From: Diplonema japonicum
Taxonomy: Eukaryota; Protista; Euglenozoa: Diplonemea
DNA length: 64,000 bases
Assembly: GCA_964019335.1 (NCBI GenBank)
Contig: OZ025704.1
Location: 372,001 to 436,000 of the forward strand
Reading direction: 5' to 3'
The notes under the pieces were generated by a model that worked only from the letters and a program-made list of their open reading frames with translations, did not search any database and had not been told where the DNA came from. Each line of letters begins with the position of its first letter. The first letter of the stretch is position 1. Position numbers and translations under genes: made by a program. Shown here piece by piece: positions 20,403-33,100 of the stretch.

Positions 20403-21605
20403 GAGATCATTGGTCTATACCAGGACCGTGATGACGATGAGGTGATGGGTCCGATTGGAGTCCTGCGGAACAGATGGCTCCCCTTTCTGGGGAAGGGATG
20501 GTCCTTTGTGGCCGACCTGCACGGAGATACAGCGGTGGCTCACAAAGTGAGACAAGCCATCAGACCGGCAGTTGCGAAGAGGCTGATCGAGAAGAGATCA
20601 ACCTTCGTGGGGATGGAGGCAGGGGCGTGCCCGTCCACGAACTATTGGTGGAAAAAGCTCCAGGCCCGGAGACCGTTGGTGTCCTTTAGGTTGCGGCGCA
20701 TCATTAGTGGCGCAGTGTTCACGACTCACCCGAGGGTGTGGGGGAGAAAATTGGATGGCCCTGGTGTGGAAAACCCAGCATTAGCGTGTGACGTTTGCGA
20801 CCACCGGTCCCAGACAACGACCAGCATGACGGAGCATGCACTGTGGGAGTGCGAGCCGGCAAGGAGTGTGTTGGAAAGCGAGCAATACGCAGAGGTGAAG
20901 CGAGAAGGCCTCCCAGCTGCCACAGCCCTTCACGGGATAGTCCCAAGAGGAGCCGACAAAGCAGGGAAAGAACGTGCCAGGATGGTGCAACAATACCTCC
21001 TGAAAGTAGTGACGGTCCGTGACGCCAGAGCAGCGGAAAAAAGCAAGAGAGTGCTCACCTCCAACCCTTGGGATGAGGTAACGACAGGGAGGCAACATGA
21101 TGTTCCGACGGAAGCGTTGCTGAAGGCGAACGGGGCGTCAGGCGCGGTCCTGACCTTTCATTTGAAGAACGTCCTCAAGTGGCTAAGAGGCCTACGATGG
21201 TACGATGGTAAGAAGAAAACTTCCGTCACTACAATGGAACTCGCCATAGACTATGAGCAGACCACCCACCGGTCACTCATAGGTCCCCTCGACGATCAAG
21301 ACCTGCTCACGGAGAAGGCCGCAAGGATGCGATACATCTTGGGTCGCATCCAGAAATGCTCAGCACGCTGTGGAAGGTCAGCCTTCCCCGCCAACGCCAA
21401 ACCAAGGGTGCATACCCTTCGACATCTTGGGGGCCCGACGGCACACGGCTACGACAGGAGACCATTCTTCTCCTCGAGCCAAACCCCCCCCTACCTAGCA
21501 CGACTTCAAGCAATGTTTCTCGCCCAGATGCCGTCCATCTCATCGCGACAAACAGCCACCGCAGGCACCAGACAGCAACCGCAGAACGGTGACCGATTAG
21601 TGTGA
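20403..21605 (+). mobile_element. 3' fragment of a non-LTR retrotransposon ORF (zf-RVT-like and C-terminal region)
   Basis: CDVCDHRSQTTTSMTEHALWEC zinc-binding motif. Collinear protein similarity to the RT-bearing copy at 57.7-58.8 kb (NYWWKKL..RLRRIISGAVF; ATALHGIVPRG; VQQYLLKVVTVRDA; TTMELAIDYE). Confidence 0.75.
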
Positions 21606-21815
21606 ATTTCTACCTGAACAGTGAGCACCCCCATGCACACTGAAATTTTATCGAGTTTTTCCATCTTCTTTTTCCATTGCAAAGAGAGGAAAAAAAAAAA
21701 AATAATAATAAATACATCTCATATTTTTTTTTTTTGTTTTCTCCATGAATCAATCCCGACCAACAAACACACAACAATAAAAAATAAAAATAAAAAAAAG
21801 AAGGGGGAAGGACGG

Positions 21816-21846
<31 letters not shown>

Positions 21847-21848
21847 CC

Positions 21849-23303
21849 ATGAAGCTCCTTCAAATCACGGTGCTGGCACAAGGCGAGACAGAAAAAATCG
21901 ACTTCAGAAAGCTTCCAGGAGAGGTGTTGATAACGGTACCAGACAGGAGCACCCCTACAAGCACCATTGGGTCGTGGAAACAGGAATGGACCAACAATAC
22001 AAAAGCAATATACACGCGACGGGGATACACATGCGAAGCTAGCGGACCATCTGTGGCCATCAACCTTGGTGACGCTCAAGTACGTGTTGATCTAGCTTCC
22101 ACTTGCTACGACGTAGTGGTGCAAGCGTACGATGCCGCACAGGACACACCAACCTACCCGTTACTCACCCACGATCCCTCCACTGTTTCGATAGGCATCA
22201 GGTCCCTTCAAAACACCCCTCATGGCGTGACACAGTGCAGAGGTTCACCCCCTGCAACCCACCCTTCTTGGACGTCATTCAAATGCTTAATCGGAACATC
22301 ATTGCAAACACCTGTACCTTTATTTTGTGAAGAAGGCCTACCTACTCTCCAACCTTGGGACTATGAAGCCAACGGGATAGACCTTAGAAACGAGGAGAAC
22401 GGCACAGCGGAGGAAGCTAAAAAACAATGGGCGAGCCGCAAAGAGAAGGTAACCATCACAGCGTCGGAGTTTGGCAGAGCGGTAGGCATGACGGGAAGGG
22501 TGAAGGACTACCTGGAAGGGAAGTGCTGTGTGGGGCTTGATCGTTCGCTGGCCTTTACCGGCAACGTTGCGACGCATCACGGCGTCAAGTCTGAAAGCAG
22601 GGCACGGCAGGTTTATGCAGAAAACCTTGGCGTTACTGTCCTAGACGGTGGGTTCTGGGTCAACCCTCAAAAAGGGTACGAATCCTTCGGAGCCTCGCCT
22701 GACGGCATCGCTGGCGACAGACTGCTCGAGATAAAATGCCCTTTATACGGATACCCCAACCACACAAAATGGGACCCTCGGTTCAAAGGTATCGACCCCA
22801 ACTACTACTGCCAAATGCAAGGCCAGCTCAACATCGTGAACAGCGAGACGTGCGATTTCTTCGTTTGGGACGTCTGCACCTCATCCTGGTGCCTTTGGAG
22901 GGTTTCGCGTGACAAGGCGTTCTGGGAGTCGCTTCTCGGCCTCCTTTCCGAAACCCATTCGTATGCGTCCGGTATGGCGTGGCTTCCGCCTCTCCCACCT
23001 GCTTCACCTGCTCTCTTCCCTTCGCGTGGAGCGATCTTACCCTTGATACCGCCACCTATAGACTCTCACCTTTACCCTGTCTTCCATCACACACATACTG
23101 CCGTCGCCGCGAGTCTCGCCGCCGTTCTATCTGTCGTGGTTTTATCAGACGAAATGGTGAAAGAAGCTCAAATTGGTGTGTTCTCATGGGTGCCACGTTG
23201 GGTTGCAATGTTGATGGGTTATTTACTCCCGGCTAAGCGGAAGCGGAAGGGGTCCCAAGATGAACCATCTGAAGAAGGGGAGTCTAAGCGTCGGAGGGTG
23301 TAA
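21849..23303 (+). CDS. YqaJ/lambda-exonuclease-like PD-(D/E)XK nuclease with an N-terminal extension
   Basis: W..R...ITASEF, HGVKSESRA, FGASPDG, LLEIKCP, YYCQMQGQL, CDFFVW. Confidence 0.88.
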   Translation: MKLLQITVLAQGETEKIDFRKLPGEVLITVPDRSTPTSTIGSWKQEWTNNTKAIYTRRGYTCEASGPSVAINLGDAQVRVDLASTCYDVVVQAYDAAQDTPTYPLLTHDPSTVSIGIRSLQNTPHGVTQCRGSPPATHPSWTSFKCLIGTSLQTPVPLFCEEGLPTLQPWDYEANGIDLRNEENGTAEEAKKQWASRKEKVTITASEFGRAVGMTGRVKDYLEGKCCVGLDRSLAFTGNVATHHGVKSESRARQVYAENLGVTVLDGGFWVNPQKGYESFGASPDGIAGDRLLEIKCPLYGYPNHTKWDPRFKGIDPNYYCQMQGQLNIVNSETCDFFVWDVCTSSWCLWRVSRDKAFWESLLGLLSETHSYASGMAWLPPLPPASPALFPSRGAILPLIPPPIDSHLYPVFHHTHTAVAASLAAVLSVVVLSDEMVKEAQIGVFSWVPRWVAMLMGYLLPAKRKRKGSQDEPSEEGESKRRRV

Positions 23304-23589
23304 GGGAGGAGAAATAGAAAAGGCGGAGGGGACAGAGATGATCTATTTTGCGTTTTCTTTCTTTTATTCTCTTTTTTTTATTTTTATTTTTGTCCCATTT
23401 TAGAGAAAATAAAAAGGAGGATAAAAAGAAAAAGAAAATGTTTTGGTAGATAGTCTTCTCCCCCCCCCCCCCCCCCCTAGTTACAAGCTTTTACTTGTTA
23501 GTTCCCCTTATTTCTTCCCCCAGCTTTGCAATCAACCGATTTTTTGAAGAAAAGGAGGGAGAGGGGAGGGGGAGGGAAAGCGCGTGAAA

Positions 23590-24078
23590 ATGATTAACAC
23601 GGAAGCAGAGGGGAGGGAAACGGAATACGACTTGGCAAAGGATGAAATAGGAAAGGTGGGCCTGGACGCCAAACTAGCTAGATGGGAGGGACACATCCAC
23701 GAAGTCCTGATGCCGAAGTTGGAAAGAACGGTGCGGGAGAGGGACTCCCTGTATGAGGAGATCGCAGAAGGGACACGGCTGTTAAATTTTATCGAGCAAG
23801 AGCTGAGCGAAAAGGAAGAGGGAACCACTATGGAGACGCTAGTGGACATGGGACACCACTTCTATGCTACTGCGGAAATGAACACAACTGGAAGAATATT
23901 TGTAAACATCGGCCTGGGGATATATGTGCATTACACATACCCCGAAGCCATAGCCTTTCTAAAAACCCGCGAAAAACAATTTGAGATCAAAGCTGACAAG
24001 CTCACAAAGTCTGCCTCACGCGTGAAGGTCGAAATGAAGATCATCTATGAGGCAATAGCCGAGTACACTTCTTCTTAA
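23590..24078 (+). CDS. UXT: UXT-like prefoldin alpha-class subunit
   Basis: METLVDMGHHFYATAEM..TGRIFVNIGLGIYVHYTYPEA beta-hairpins flanked by coiled coils. Confidence 0.85.
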   Translation: MINTEAEGRETEYDLAKDEIGKVGLDAKLARWEGHIHEVLMPKLERTVRERDSLYEEIAEGTRLLNFIEQELSEKEEGTTMETLVDMGHHFYATAEMNTTGRIFVNIGLGIYVHYTYPEAIAFLKTREKQFEIKADKLTKSASRVKVEMKIIYEAIAEYTSS

Positions 24079-24165
24079 GAGGGTTTTTTTTCTTCTTTTA
24101 TCATTTTTGGCCGTTTGTTCCCTTATGTTTTTTTTTTTTCTCTAAAACGCTACTTTATAGGAATT

Positions 24166-25518
24166 ATGGAGTTCACCCCTGCAGACACTGCAGTGCTGTG
24201 CTTCTCCCTCGGCGCCTTCATCTTCTTCATGCTATGCGTCGTCAGGACACGGTGGAAGGCAAACAAAGGGCATAATCATGCGAGGCTTCAAGAGGTCCAG
24301 GAAGGAAGCCCGCGGCAGAAAATAATATCATTACAAGCTGACTCGCCGAGGAACGTGGCCCGTACACCGGGGGGCAGGGAGATGATCGAGGCGGTGGGGG
24401 GCGGGACAACAGAGGCCGACCTTGTGCAGACGGTACCTGTCGCACTTGAAATTTCAGCCCCACCCACTAGCGCACAACCTGTTGTGCCACCGCTGCACAT
24501 CCCTGACCCCGTCGGACACGAGGACGACGAGAGCATCACGTTCGCCTTGGAAGAGTCGGCCAGCATCAACCGGCCCGCTTCGATGAACGCGTTGCGGTAC
24601 TCGCACGTCGCCGAGGATTCCATCGTGATCTTGATGGAGGAGTCCAGCTACAGCACGCTGGCTAAAGACCTGCCCCCTTCCCTAGAAGCTCTTGTTGAAC
24701 AAGAGCAGAAGATAAGACAGCTGATACTCGAAGACTGCAACCAGGTTGTGCGCAAGGTATCCCTTGCAGCACGACGCGTAGCAGTCCCATATGGCGTCAT
24801 TGGAAGTCTGGGTGTCAGCTACACAGATGCTTCGTGTGCAGAGGTGCACGAAGTACCGCACGGAGAGGTTCCAGAGGGTGTTGAGGTGCTGCGCAAGGGG
24901 GACGTCATCATAGCTGCTGTGACGCCAATGGGTTTACAGAATGTAGTCACACGGAAACAGCTGTACGAGGCGCTGGGGCCTTTGGGGGGCACATTCCGTG
25001 GGTCTGAAGTTACTTTGAGGGTGATCCGCGACGAAGAGAGCATCGCGAAGTGGAAAAGCGCAGCAGATGTGATGATGACAAGCGAACTGCGGGTTGGAGG
25101 GGAGCTCCCCCCCGGTGTGTTCATCTCTGAGGCGTGCATCGTGACGGTAAAGGTTGTGATGTCCGAGGTAAAGGCTGCTGACGCTGACGGCGAGTACATC
25201 ATTGCGCAGTCGGAGGAAGCGAAGTGTGCGCATGTGGTGAAGACGCTATTCCATGAATTTAAGGATGAAGTCACACAGAAGGTCACAAGGTTGGGTTTCC
25301 ACCGTCTTTACGAGACCCTCGCATCTGCCATGGGCCTCCCTAACAAGCTCACTACAGAGCTCAACGCTTGCTTCGCCGAGGCAGACCTCACCGGCGACGG
25401 GTCCCTCTCCGCTTTCGAACTGCATCCTTTAATCCGTTCCCTCATCCTAGACGCCCTGAGCCAGGTCATCCACACACCCCACAAGTTAGGTCCCATTGAG
25501 TACATACGGAGCCCGTAA
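24166..25518 (+). CDS. N-terminal TM protein with PDZ-like and EF-hand-like domains
   Basis: TM AVLCFSLGAFIFFMLCVV; PDZ-like GSLGVS...LRKGDVIIA...GSEVTLRVIR; EF-hand DLTGDGSLSAFE. Preceded by a T-tract and TAG (likely trans-splice acceptor). Confidence 0.65.
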   Translation: MEFTPADTAVLCFSLGAFIFFMLCVVRTRWKANKGHNHARLQEVQEGSPRQKIISLQADSPRNVARTPGGREMIEAVGGGTTEADLVQTVPVALEISAPPTSAQPVVPPLHIPDPVGHEDDESITFALEESASINRPASMNALRYSHVAEDSIVILMEESSYSTLAKDLPPSLEALVEQEQKIRQLILEDCNQVVRKVSLAARRVAVPYGVIGSLGVSYTDASCAEVHEVPHGEVPEGVEVLRKGDVIIAAVTPMGLQNVVTRKQLYEALGPLGGTFRGSEVTLRVIRDEESIAKWKSAADVMMTSELRVGGELPPGVFISEACIVTVKVVMSEVKAADADGEYIIAQSEEAKCAHVVKTLFHEFKDEVTQKVTRLGFHRLYETLASAMGLPNKLTTELNACFAEADLTGDGSLSAFELHPLIRSLILDALSQVIHTPHKLGPIEYIRSP

Positions 25519-25869
25519 CCTTTTCAAATCCTAGATCGCAGGTTTTTCCACGATCCTCATTAAGGGGTTTTTGATAGATTTTCTCTCTTCCGTCTTTTTT
25601 TTTTTCTTTCTGTTCCGTTCCTCCATCTGTCTTGTCTCTCGTCCACATTGTATTGGAAAAGAAAAAGAACAAAAAAAAAAGAGAGAAACCACCTAAACTT
25701 CTGTCGGCTCATCACGATGCCGCCCCCCCCCCCCTTTTTTTGTTTTTATCTTAAGGATGGTCCTCAAGTGGGATTTGCCTTTTATCTGTTTCCGACAACT
25801 AGTTTAGTCGAAAGAGTTTTTTTTCCAATGTTTTGTCCCCATTTTCTCGTCACAGGGGGTTAGGAAAGA

Positions 25870-27375
25870 ATGCTGACCCGATATGTGGCCAGGAGGATAG
25901 CATCAACGTTGGGAAGTGCGAGGAGATGGAATCGAGAGGAAGAGTACCAGTCGTACTTGAGCGCAGTAGACACTTCGTTGGGAAGCTTGAAAGATGAGCA
26001 AGAGGTAGTGACGGAGAGGGAGAAACAGATGAAGGAACTGGTGCAGCAGATCAAGGCAATGATAACGGGAATCGACGAGGTGAACGTGAAGATAGCAAGG
26101 GTGGCACAATTCTTCTGGATGGCAGAGGACTCCAACATACAACTTCCTCCCGCAGTGGTAGAGGACATGATGGTCTACATGATGTCGTTCTCGCCCTTCC
26201 CAGCGAAAGAGGTGCAGTTCCGCCGGCCAGAGATTATGCTGAGAATGTACAGGTATCTCAAAGACCACTGTCACACTGTTGCTGCTGAGACTTCACGTTT
26301 AGCACTGACTACACTTGCGCGGGATAACCAAAGTTCCGCGTTCGCAGAGGCAGTTGCGATCCTTGATGACTGTCTCGCCGCGAATGTTACTGTCACAGCA
26401 CGTGTCCTCACACCCTTCTTCATCATCGCAAAACGGGCGAACAGTATAGAGTGCATGAAGTCCGCCCTCCACCGGCATGACGACCTCATTCAAACCGACA
26501 CCTTCACACACAACGTCTCGTACTACATCCACCTCCTCAACGGCCTTGCAGGGCACGGCATGATCAGAGAGGCTCTTGAGATCATCAACAGTTTCCGGAA
26601 TGTGGGTTTCAATTCAATCCTTGCAACGGTCTGCATCGATGTCTGTGCCCGGTCTGAAGATCCCTCCTCTGCCTTTGCAATGTACAAGGTCCTCTTCAGC
26701 GACGAGTCCGAACTAGAACCTGTGGTGGAGGTGTACTCTGTCCTGCTTTACGCAGTGGCGCGCTTGGAGGGCGGCATGGTGCAGCGGTACGTGAACTTCA
26801 TCTGCACAGACATGTCGGAGCGCAACGTCAGGACGGATGACCCCTCGTTCCTGAACAGGCTAGCGATATCGCTGTTCGCAGTGAAGAGCAACGACATAGG
26901 TTACGACTTGTACAGGAACATGAAAGAGCGTGACATAGACATATGGTCTGTGACCGAAGAAGCGCTGCCGCACCACCTGAAAGAGAGAGAAGATGTATGC
27001 ACATACTAAAAGACCTTTTAAATAATTTTACAACAGGCGCCCTCTGTGCTCGGCTATAATATCATGGACAGGCCCCCTCAGCCCGTCAGGGTCGAGACCA
27101 ACACCACGGTGTCCCCTGTCAGCGATCTGCCTAAAGACGCTCCTGTGTTCAGGCAGAAGCAGCCTCGAGTAGTCAAACTGAAGAAAAAGGTAACACGGCA
27201 GAGGAAGCAGCCGAAGGAACAAAACGAACAAGTGGTGGCGATGGTCAAGGAAGCACCGAAGATAGACGTATGCCACAAACCTTGAAACCTTATATACCAG
27301 GCTACCGACATGGAAGAGAAAGCGAGCGCCAAACCAGACCGGGGTTATGACATTGGGAAGTTGCTTGGCCTTTAG
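25870..27375 (+). CDS. Mitochondrially targeted PPR-like helical-repeat protein; introns 26995-27036 and 27268-27300
   Basis: Transit-peptide-like MLTRYVARRIASTL; PPR-like units (YYIHLLNGLAGHGMIREALEIIN; IDVCARSEDPSSAFAMYK; PVVEVYSVLLYAVAR). Spliced frame ends TAG 27373-27375. Confidence 0.7.
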
Positions 27376-27456
27376 GCAAGCGATAGGACGGTTATCATAC
27401 ACTGTTGGGTTTTTCATGCAAGCACATCAGACAGGACAGGGAAGAGGGAGGGAAAA

Positions 27457-30083
27457 ATGTCAGGGGAAGGGATGAAAATCACCCTCTCGTCTGCGACCCC
27501 GGAGGAGTTGAAGGTCGCATGCAAGAGACAGGCAGGGCAGATTAAGGTCTTGAAGGAGACCTTGCAGAAAAGCAAAGCTGAGATAGAGAAGAAAGAGTCG
27601 AAGGAGGAAGAAAGTGCGATGAAAATAAAAGCCCTGAACCAATGTGTCGAAGATTTGAGCAAGCAGCTAGACAGCGAGAAGGAGAGGCTTGCGAGAGAGA
27701 GCGAGAAGAAGCTGGAAATATGGAAAACACGCGCCAAAGATAAGATTACACAACTCGAAGAAGCGCTGAGAGAAGCACGTGAGGGACAAGGACAAGGTGG
27801 CAACACAGACGAACTGAAGGCGGAGATGGATGCATGGAAGGTCCGTGCGAAGGAAAAGATTCAACAACTGGAAAAAGCACTGAAGGAGACACGGGAGGCA
27901 AATGCAGAAGGTAATGCCGAGGACACCGACAAACTGAAGGAAGAGATGGAATCTTGGAAAACTCGCGCAAAAGAAAGTATGGACCAGCTGAAGGCAGAGA
28001 TAGAAACTTGTAAAGCACAAGAGAAAGAGAAGACGGCAAACTTGGAAGAAGCACTGAAGTCAGCAAAGGCCCAAGCTGCAACTGCGGCGCCTGTTGAGGA
28101 CAGCCAGAAGGTAGACAAGCTTAATGCTGACGTGGAGGCACTGAAGAAGAAGACAGCAGACCAAGCTACAGCACTGGGGGCAACCGAGGCCAAGGTTGCG
28201 TCGCTCACTTCTGAGCTGGCTGCTGCGGCTGAAGAGATCAAGCAGACGCAAGCCGATGCTGGCAGCAAAGCTAAAACACACCAGCAGACTGTTGCCTCCC
28301 TTGAAGCTCAGCTCATGGAGAAGATCAGTGCCGCAACAAGTCTTGAGGCGGCAGTTAAGGAGGCCGCAGCATCACGTGACGCAGCAAGCAGTACCGTCGT
28401 GGAGATGAAGAGCACTGAAGACGCACACAAGCAGCACATCGCGACACTTGAGAACCAGCTGAGCCAGTGCAAGTTGAAGATCGAATCCCTTGAGGCAGCA
28501 TCACTCGGTGAGTCCGAAGGCGCCAGCACCTTTGCCAAGCTGGAGACATCCTATAAAGCCGAAATCACCAGCCTCACTGAGCAGCTGCAAACGGAAAAAG
28601 TGAAGGTACAGGACCTCGAAACATCTGTGAGGACGGAGCAGACAGCGACACAGGAATTGAAAGCAACGATTCAGACAGAGAAGGACAAGGTACAGGCACT
28701 GGAGGCAAAAGTTGAGGACCTGTCATTTTTCGAAGAGATGCAAGGAAAGGACAACAGTGGCGAGATCGAGAATCTCGAAAACGAACTACGCAAGGCAACC
28801 ACAACGCTGGCACTGGCGCAGAACGAATGCAACCAGCTGAAAGAAAAGAACCGGAAGTTAGAACAAGATTTCAAGCAGCACGAGAAGCTCAACGACACTC
28901 TAAAGGAAGAGGTCGAAGTTGCGAAGAAGGAAGCCGGCGACGTTGTGAAAAGGTTTGAGATATTTAAGACAAAGGCCAAGGAGCAGTCTGTCGCAGGAGG
29001 GCTGGAGACGGAAGAGAAAATCAAGGTTATGACAGAAGAGCTGGAGAGATACAAAAAGAGGAGCAACGAGGCCCTGAACAAGAGGGGCTCGGAAGTGGTC
29101 GCGCTTAAAGAGCAAATGCAAACAGCAGAAGGCAGTGCCAAGGAATACAAAGGTAACTGTGAGCGTCTCACGATTCTGCTCACAGATAGAGAAGACCTGC
29201 TGCAGGGCTTGCAGAACGAGGTTGAGACTCTTCGTAATGCAGTGGAGAGCAGCAGGGAAGAGTCGAGGATGTTGGAGTCCAGATTTGAGGCACAGTTCGA
29301 AGAAGAAAGGCGGACAGTCATGGCGCAGCACCAAGTGGAAGGGGACACGATGCGCGAGGTGCACGAGGCACGTGTCAATGACATGCAGGTGTCACACGAG
29401 AGGGAACTCGCCGAGCGATGCCAACAGAACCAGGAAGCTCTCCAAAGGACGGAACAGGATTTAAAGGTTTCGAAGGAGATGGTGACGAGGGTCTCTGAAG
29501 AGAAAGAGCGCGAGATGATGAAGGCCACCGTCCTTGCAAAGGAGCTCAGGAAGCGCATCGAAGAACTTGAGAACAGTGCAACAACGGCGTCCGTGTACAC
29601 CCCTGCACGGACAGCCGAGGCATCGAGTCCTGTGTATGTTGGGCCTTATGTTTTCTTTTATTCATTCCCACAGGAATCTTGGGTCTCTCGAACTGGGCCG
29701 TGATATGATGCTGCTCGCACAGCAACAGGCGAACAGGGACTGGGAGCTGCAGAAGTACCAGGACGAGATCGAGAAACTCAGCAAGGAAAACAAACAGCTC
29801 GCCCAACAGCGTGACGGCCAGCTCGTGAGGCTCAACAGCCTATCGTCGGAGTCCATGGCGCGAGAGTCGTCTGAGAACCGTACAAAGGTCAACATGGACT
29901 ACCTGAAAAACATTTTTGTGAAATTTATGTGCGAGAAGAACAAAACAGTGCAGGCAGGTCTCGTACCTGTTGTGGTCACCATGCTGGAACTCAGCCAGCA
30001 GGAACGAGCGCTTATAAAGAAGGTATGCATCACTTTAAGAAACAACGCACCTCTTGCAGGAATTCCCGGGTGCGAAGGTGTAG
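27457..30083 (+). CDS. GRIP-domain golgin; introns 29634-29673 and 30023-30059
   Basis: Long heptad coiled coil; C-terminal GRIP motif NMDYLKNIFVKFM...LVPVVVTMLELSQQE; TAG 30081-30083 after splicing. Confidence 0.85.
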
Positions 30084-30157
30084 AAAGTGTTGTGTTTCGA
30101 TCTTTCTTTACTTTTGTCTTGTTCAACATTTCACCCCACCAGGAATAGGGAGGGAGT

Positions 30158-33100
30158 ATGAGCTCCGCAAAACGGTCGGAACGAAGACCGTCCTTCCTCA
30201 CCTCGTCCAGCTTGCTAGGGTCGCCGAATCCCAACAGCATTATTAGTATTGCTAGTGCCCCGCAATCTAGCACCAAAGGTGGCAGGACGTCGGGCCTTAG
30301 CATGAGCATGAATGCAAGCATGGGGCCGCCTTCAACAACTCTTAGGTCACGCGCAACGTCGTTCACGAACGTGCAGCACACTCCCCACACCCCCAGGATG
30401 CAGCTCGAGAGGTCGTTCGATAGTATCCAAGACAAGCCCTATACACCGCTTAGCAGCAGAAGGGTGGTGACAGGATCCCCTTCCTCTTCCTCTGTCGGCA
30501 GGGTACACGAAGACGACGACAGGAAGCTGTCCCACAAAAGGGAGCTAGAGCTTGAGATGGACAGGGTGCGGGTCCTGCAGGCAGAGCTGTGCTTGGAGAG
30601 AGAGAAGAGAAGAGAGTTCGAAGACAGGGCACTGCGTGCAGAGCAGTCATTCCAGCGATCGAGGTCGCTCGAGACACGCACGGCAGACCTGGAGAAGATG
30701 CTAGAGGAGAAAGCTGTAGAGGTGTCAAACCTGAACAAGAGACGAGCGCAACTGGAAGAGAACATACTGCAACTGCAAACCTCTGGGTCGGGCAAGGTGC
30801 TGGAAGGGCGGCTGGCGGGTGCACAATCATTGCTAGCGGAGAAAAACTCAGCACTCGAAGACGAAAGGGCAGCTCACATGAGGGCAACAATGCAGATCGA
30901 AGAAATCACCAGTGAACTGTCGGCAAAGTCTGTCCTCCTTAGTCAGCTTGAAAGGCAGATTGGGCAGAAGGGTGCGATTCTCGAGACAAGCCAGTCAACT
31001 ATCAGCAGGATGCAGAGCAGCGTAGACACGATGGGGCAGGAGCTGGCATCGCAGATCGAAAAGTGCAACCAGATGGAACAGGGGCAGCTGATGACCGAAG
31101 CCCAGAAGACACGTGTCGAAAGCGAGCTGCGCGAGGAGCTTCGCGTCAGGAACAGGCACGCCCACACCTTGGAGAGCAAGATCAAGGAGTTGACAGAGGA
31201 AAACGAACGTCAAGTGGCGCGCACCGAAATCCTGCAGCAGAAGATATCCCAACAAGAAGAGATCATGACAGCGAACTCTGGAAGGCGCGAGCACCTCAAC
31301 AAAGAGCGTGAGAGTCTTGAAGCCGATAATTCGCAGAAGAGTGTCCTCCTCGAAGGCGTCAGGATGGAGCTAGAACGTGAGATACAACGCTCGAAGAAGA
31401 TCGCAGATGACCTGAGGGCCAGCGACGCTCAGGTGGACGAGCTTGAGAGCAAGCTACGCGAGGCGCAGACCTCTCTTGCTAGGAAGTCGGCACTTGAATC
31501 GAAGCTCGAAGTGCTGGAAGGCGCTCTAGCGAGGAACGAGCAAGACTTTGACGCAGAGTTGCTGAGGCACAAGCAGACAAAGCAGCGCGTGCAGGAACTG
31601 GAGGAAAAGAGCTCGCAAATACCATGGCTCCAGAAGAATGTGAAGGAGCTTGAGGCAGACAACGCAGTTAAGCAGGACGCTATAAACCAGCTGAAGAAGT
31701 CGGACACAAAAAAGCTTACACAGCAAGATGACGCTAAAGTAGCCCTGTCCCTGCAGGAGGCAAGGGTCCGGGAGTACGAAGAGGAAGTAAAGCACCTGGT
31801 TGCAGAACGAGACGAGTTACAGTGCAGGATTTCGGATCTGGAGGTGGAAGCCATGAGGAAGTCGGGGATTGAAGGGAAGGCAAAGGGCCTGCAGAGCGTA
31901 GTAGAGCAGCGTGCCTCCGAAGTGGATGACTTGACCAACAGAAACAACGCCCTCATGAACAGGCTGAGGGATGCCGAAATGGAGATGGAGAGCTATGCAA
32001 GGCTGCGGGCAGACATATCGCAAGCCCAGGCAGGGAAGCAGGAATTGGAACTAGAGATCGAGCGGTTGCAGAACGCAGTTCACGTCTCGGAGCGCGATGC
32101 GGAGAGGCAGAAGCAGGCACTGCGTGACAGCGAAGAGATCGTCCACGACTACAGTGAGCGGATAAGGCACCATGAGCACACGATCTTAGACCTGAAGCAA
32201 GAAGTTGCACACAAGGCAGTGTTGCACGACCAGTTCGAAGACTCACGTGTTGCGCTTCACAGGTCCACATCTGATCTACAAGCGACTAGCTCGCAGCTTG
32301 AGGTGGTCGAAGCGAAAGCAGCTTTGCTGCAGCAAGAGAAGGCGAGGCACGAGGCACGCATCGAGTCTCTGGAGGCGAAGATGGAACAAGAGGTCGAACA
32401 TATCCAAGAGCTTCAAGTTGAAATGGGTGCCAAGAGCATGGAAGTGGAGAACTTCGAGAGTGAGATGGCAAAACTAGGTAAGGAGTTGGAGTGGAAAACA
32501 CAGCAGTATGAGCTGCTGTCTGACCAGCACAAGCGTTTGAAAGAAGAGACAACCGTGAAGACAGAGGCCGTGACAAGGTTAGAAGATCGTGAGAAGCGGA
32601 GGTCCGATTTGGTGGAAAATCTGCGCAGGGAGATAAACGAGCAGCAGGTGTCCATCGACACACAGGAGACGGCACTGCGACAGGAGAAGGAGAAAAGAAC
32701 CGCAGCGGAGAGGAAGATCGTCTCACTTGAGGAGTCAGCAGCAACCGTGTCCCTGCTAGAGGGCAAGATTGAAGCACTAGAAGAGATGCATCTCACGCAG
32801 TCGCAAGAGTACGCCGCTTCACAGAAGCAAGTGTCCGATCTGAAGAATAAGTTGAAAACAACAGAGGTAGACTCAGCTTCTGCTCATAAGCTGCAGGAGC
32901 ACTTCGAGTCCCTCCGTGAGCAGGCTATGTCGCAAGCAAGCGTAATCGAGGCACTCGAGGTGAGCGATATCAAGAAGACGAACATCATTAGTGACCTGCA
33001 CAAAGACGCCGAGAAGCTGCAAGAGGCCGAAGCTACTCTGCAGAAGGTACTGGAGGAGGAAAAGGCCAACTCGGCGGTCCGTGAGGAAAAGCTGGCGATG

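Noticed and set aside
9738-21848. N-terminal extensions in the ORF track starting at TTG/GTG (9738, 12305, 17533, 18582, 21621; also 37651, 42925, 48518, 54859)
   Set aside because: The extensions run through poly(A)/poly(T) tracts or an upstream gene; the first ATG after the tract fits the family start better.
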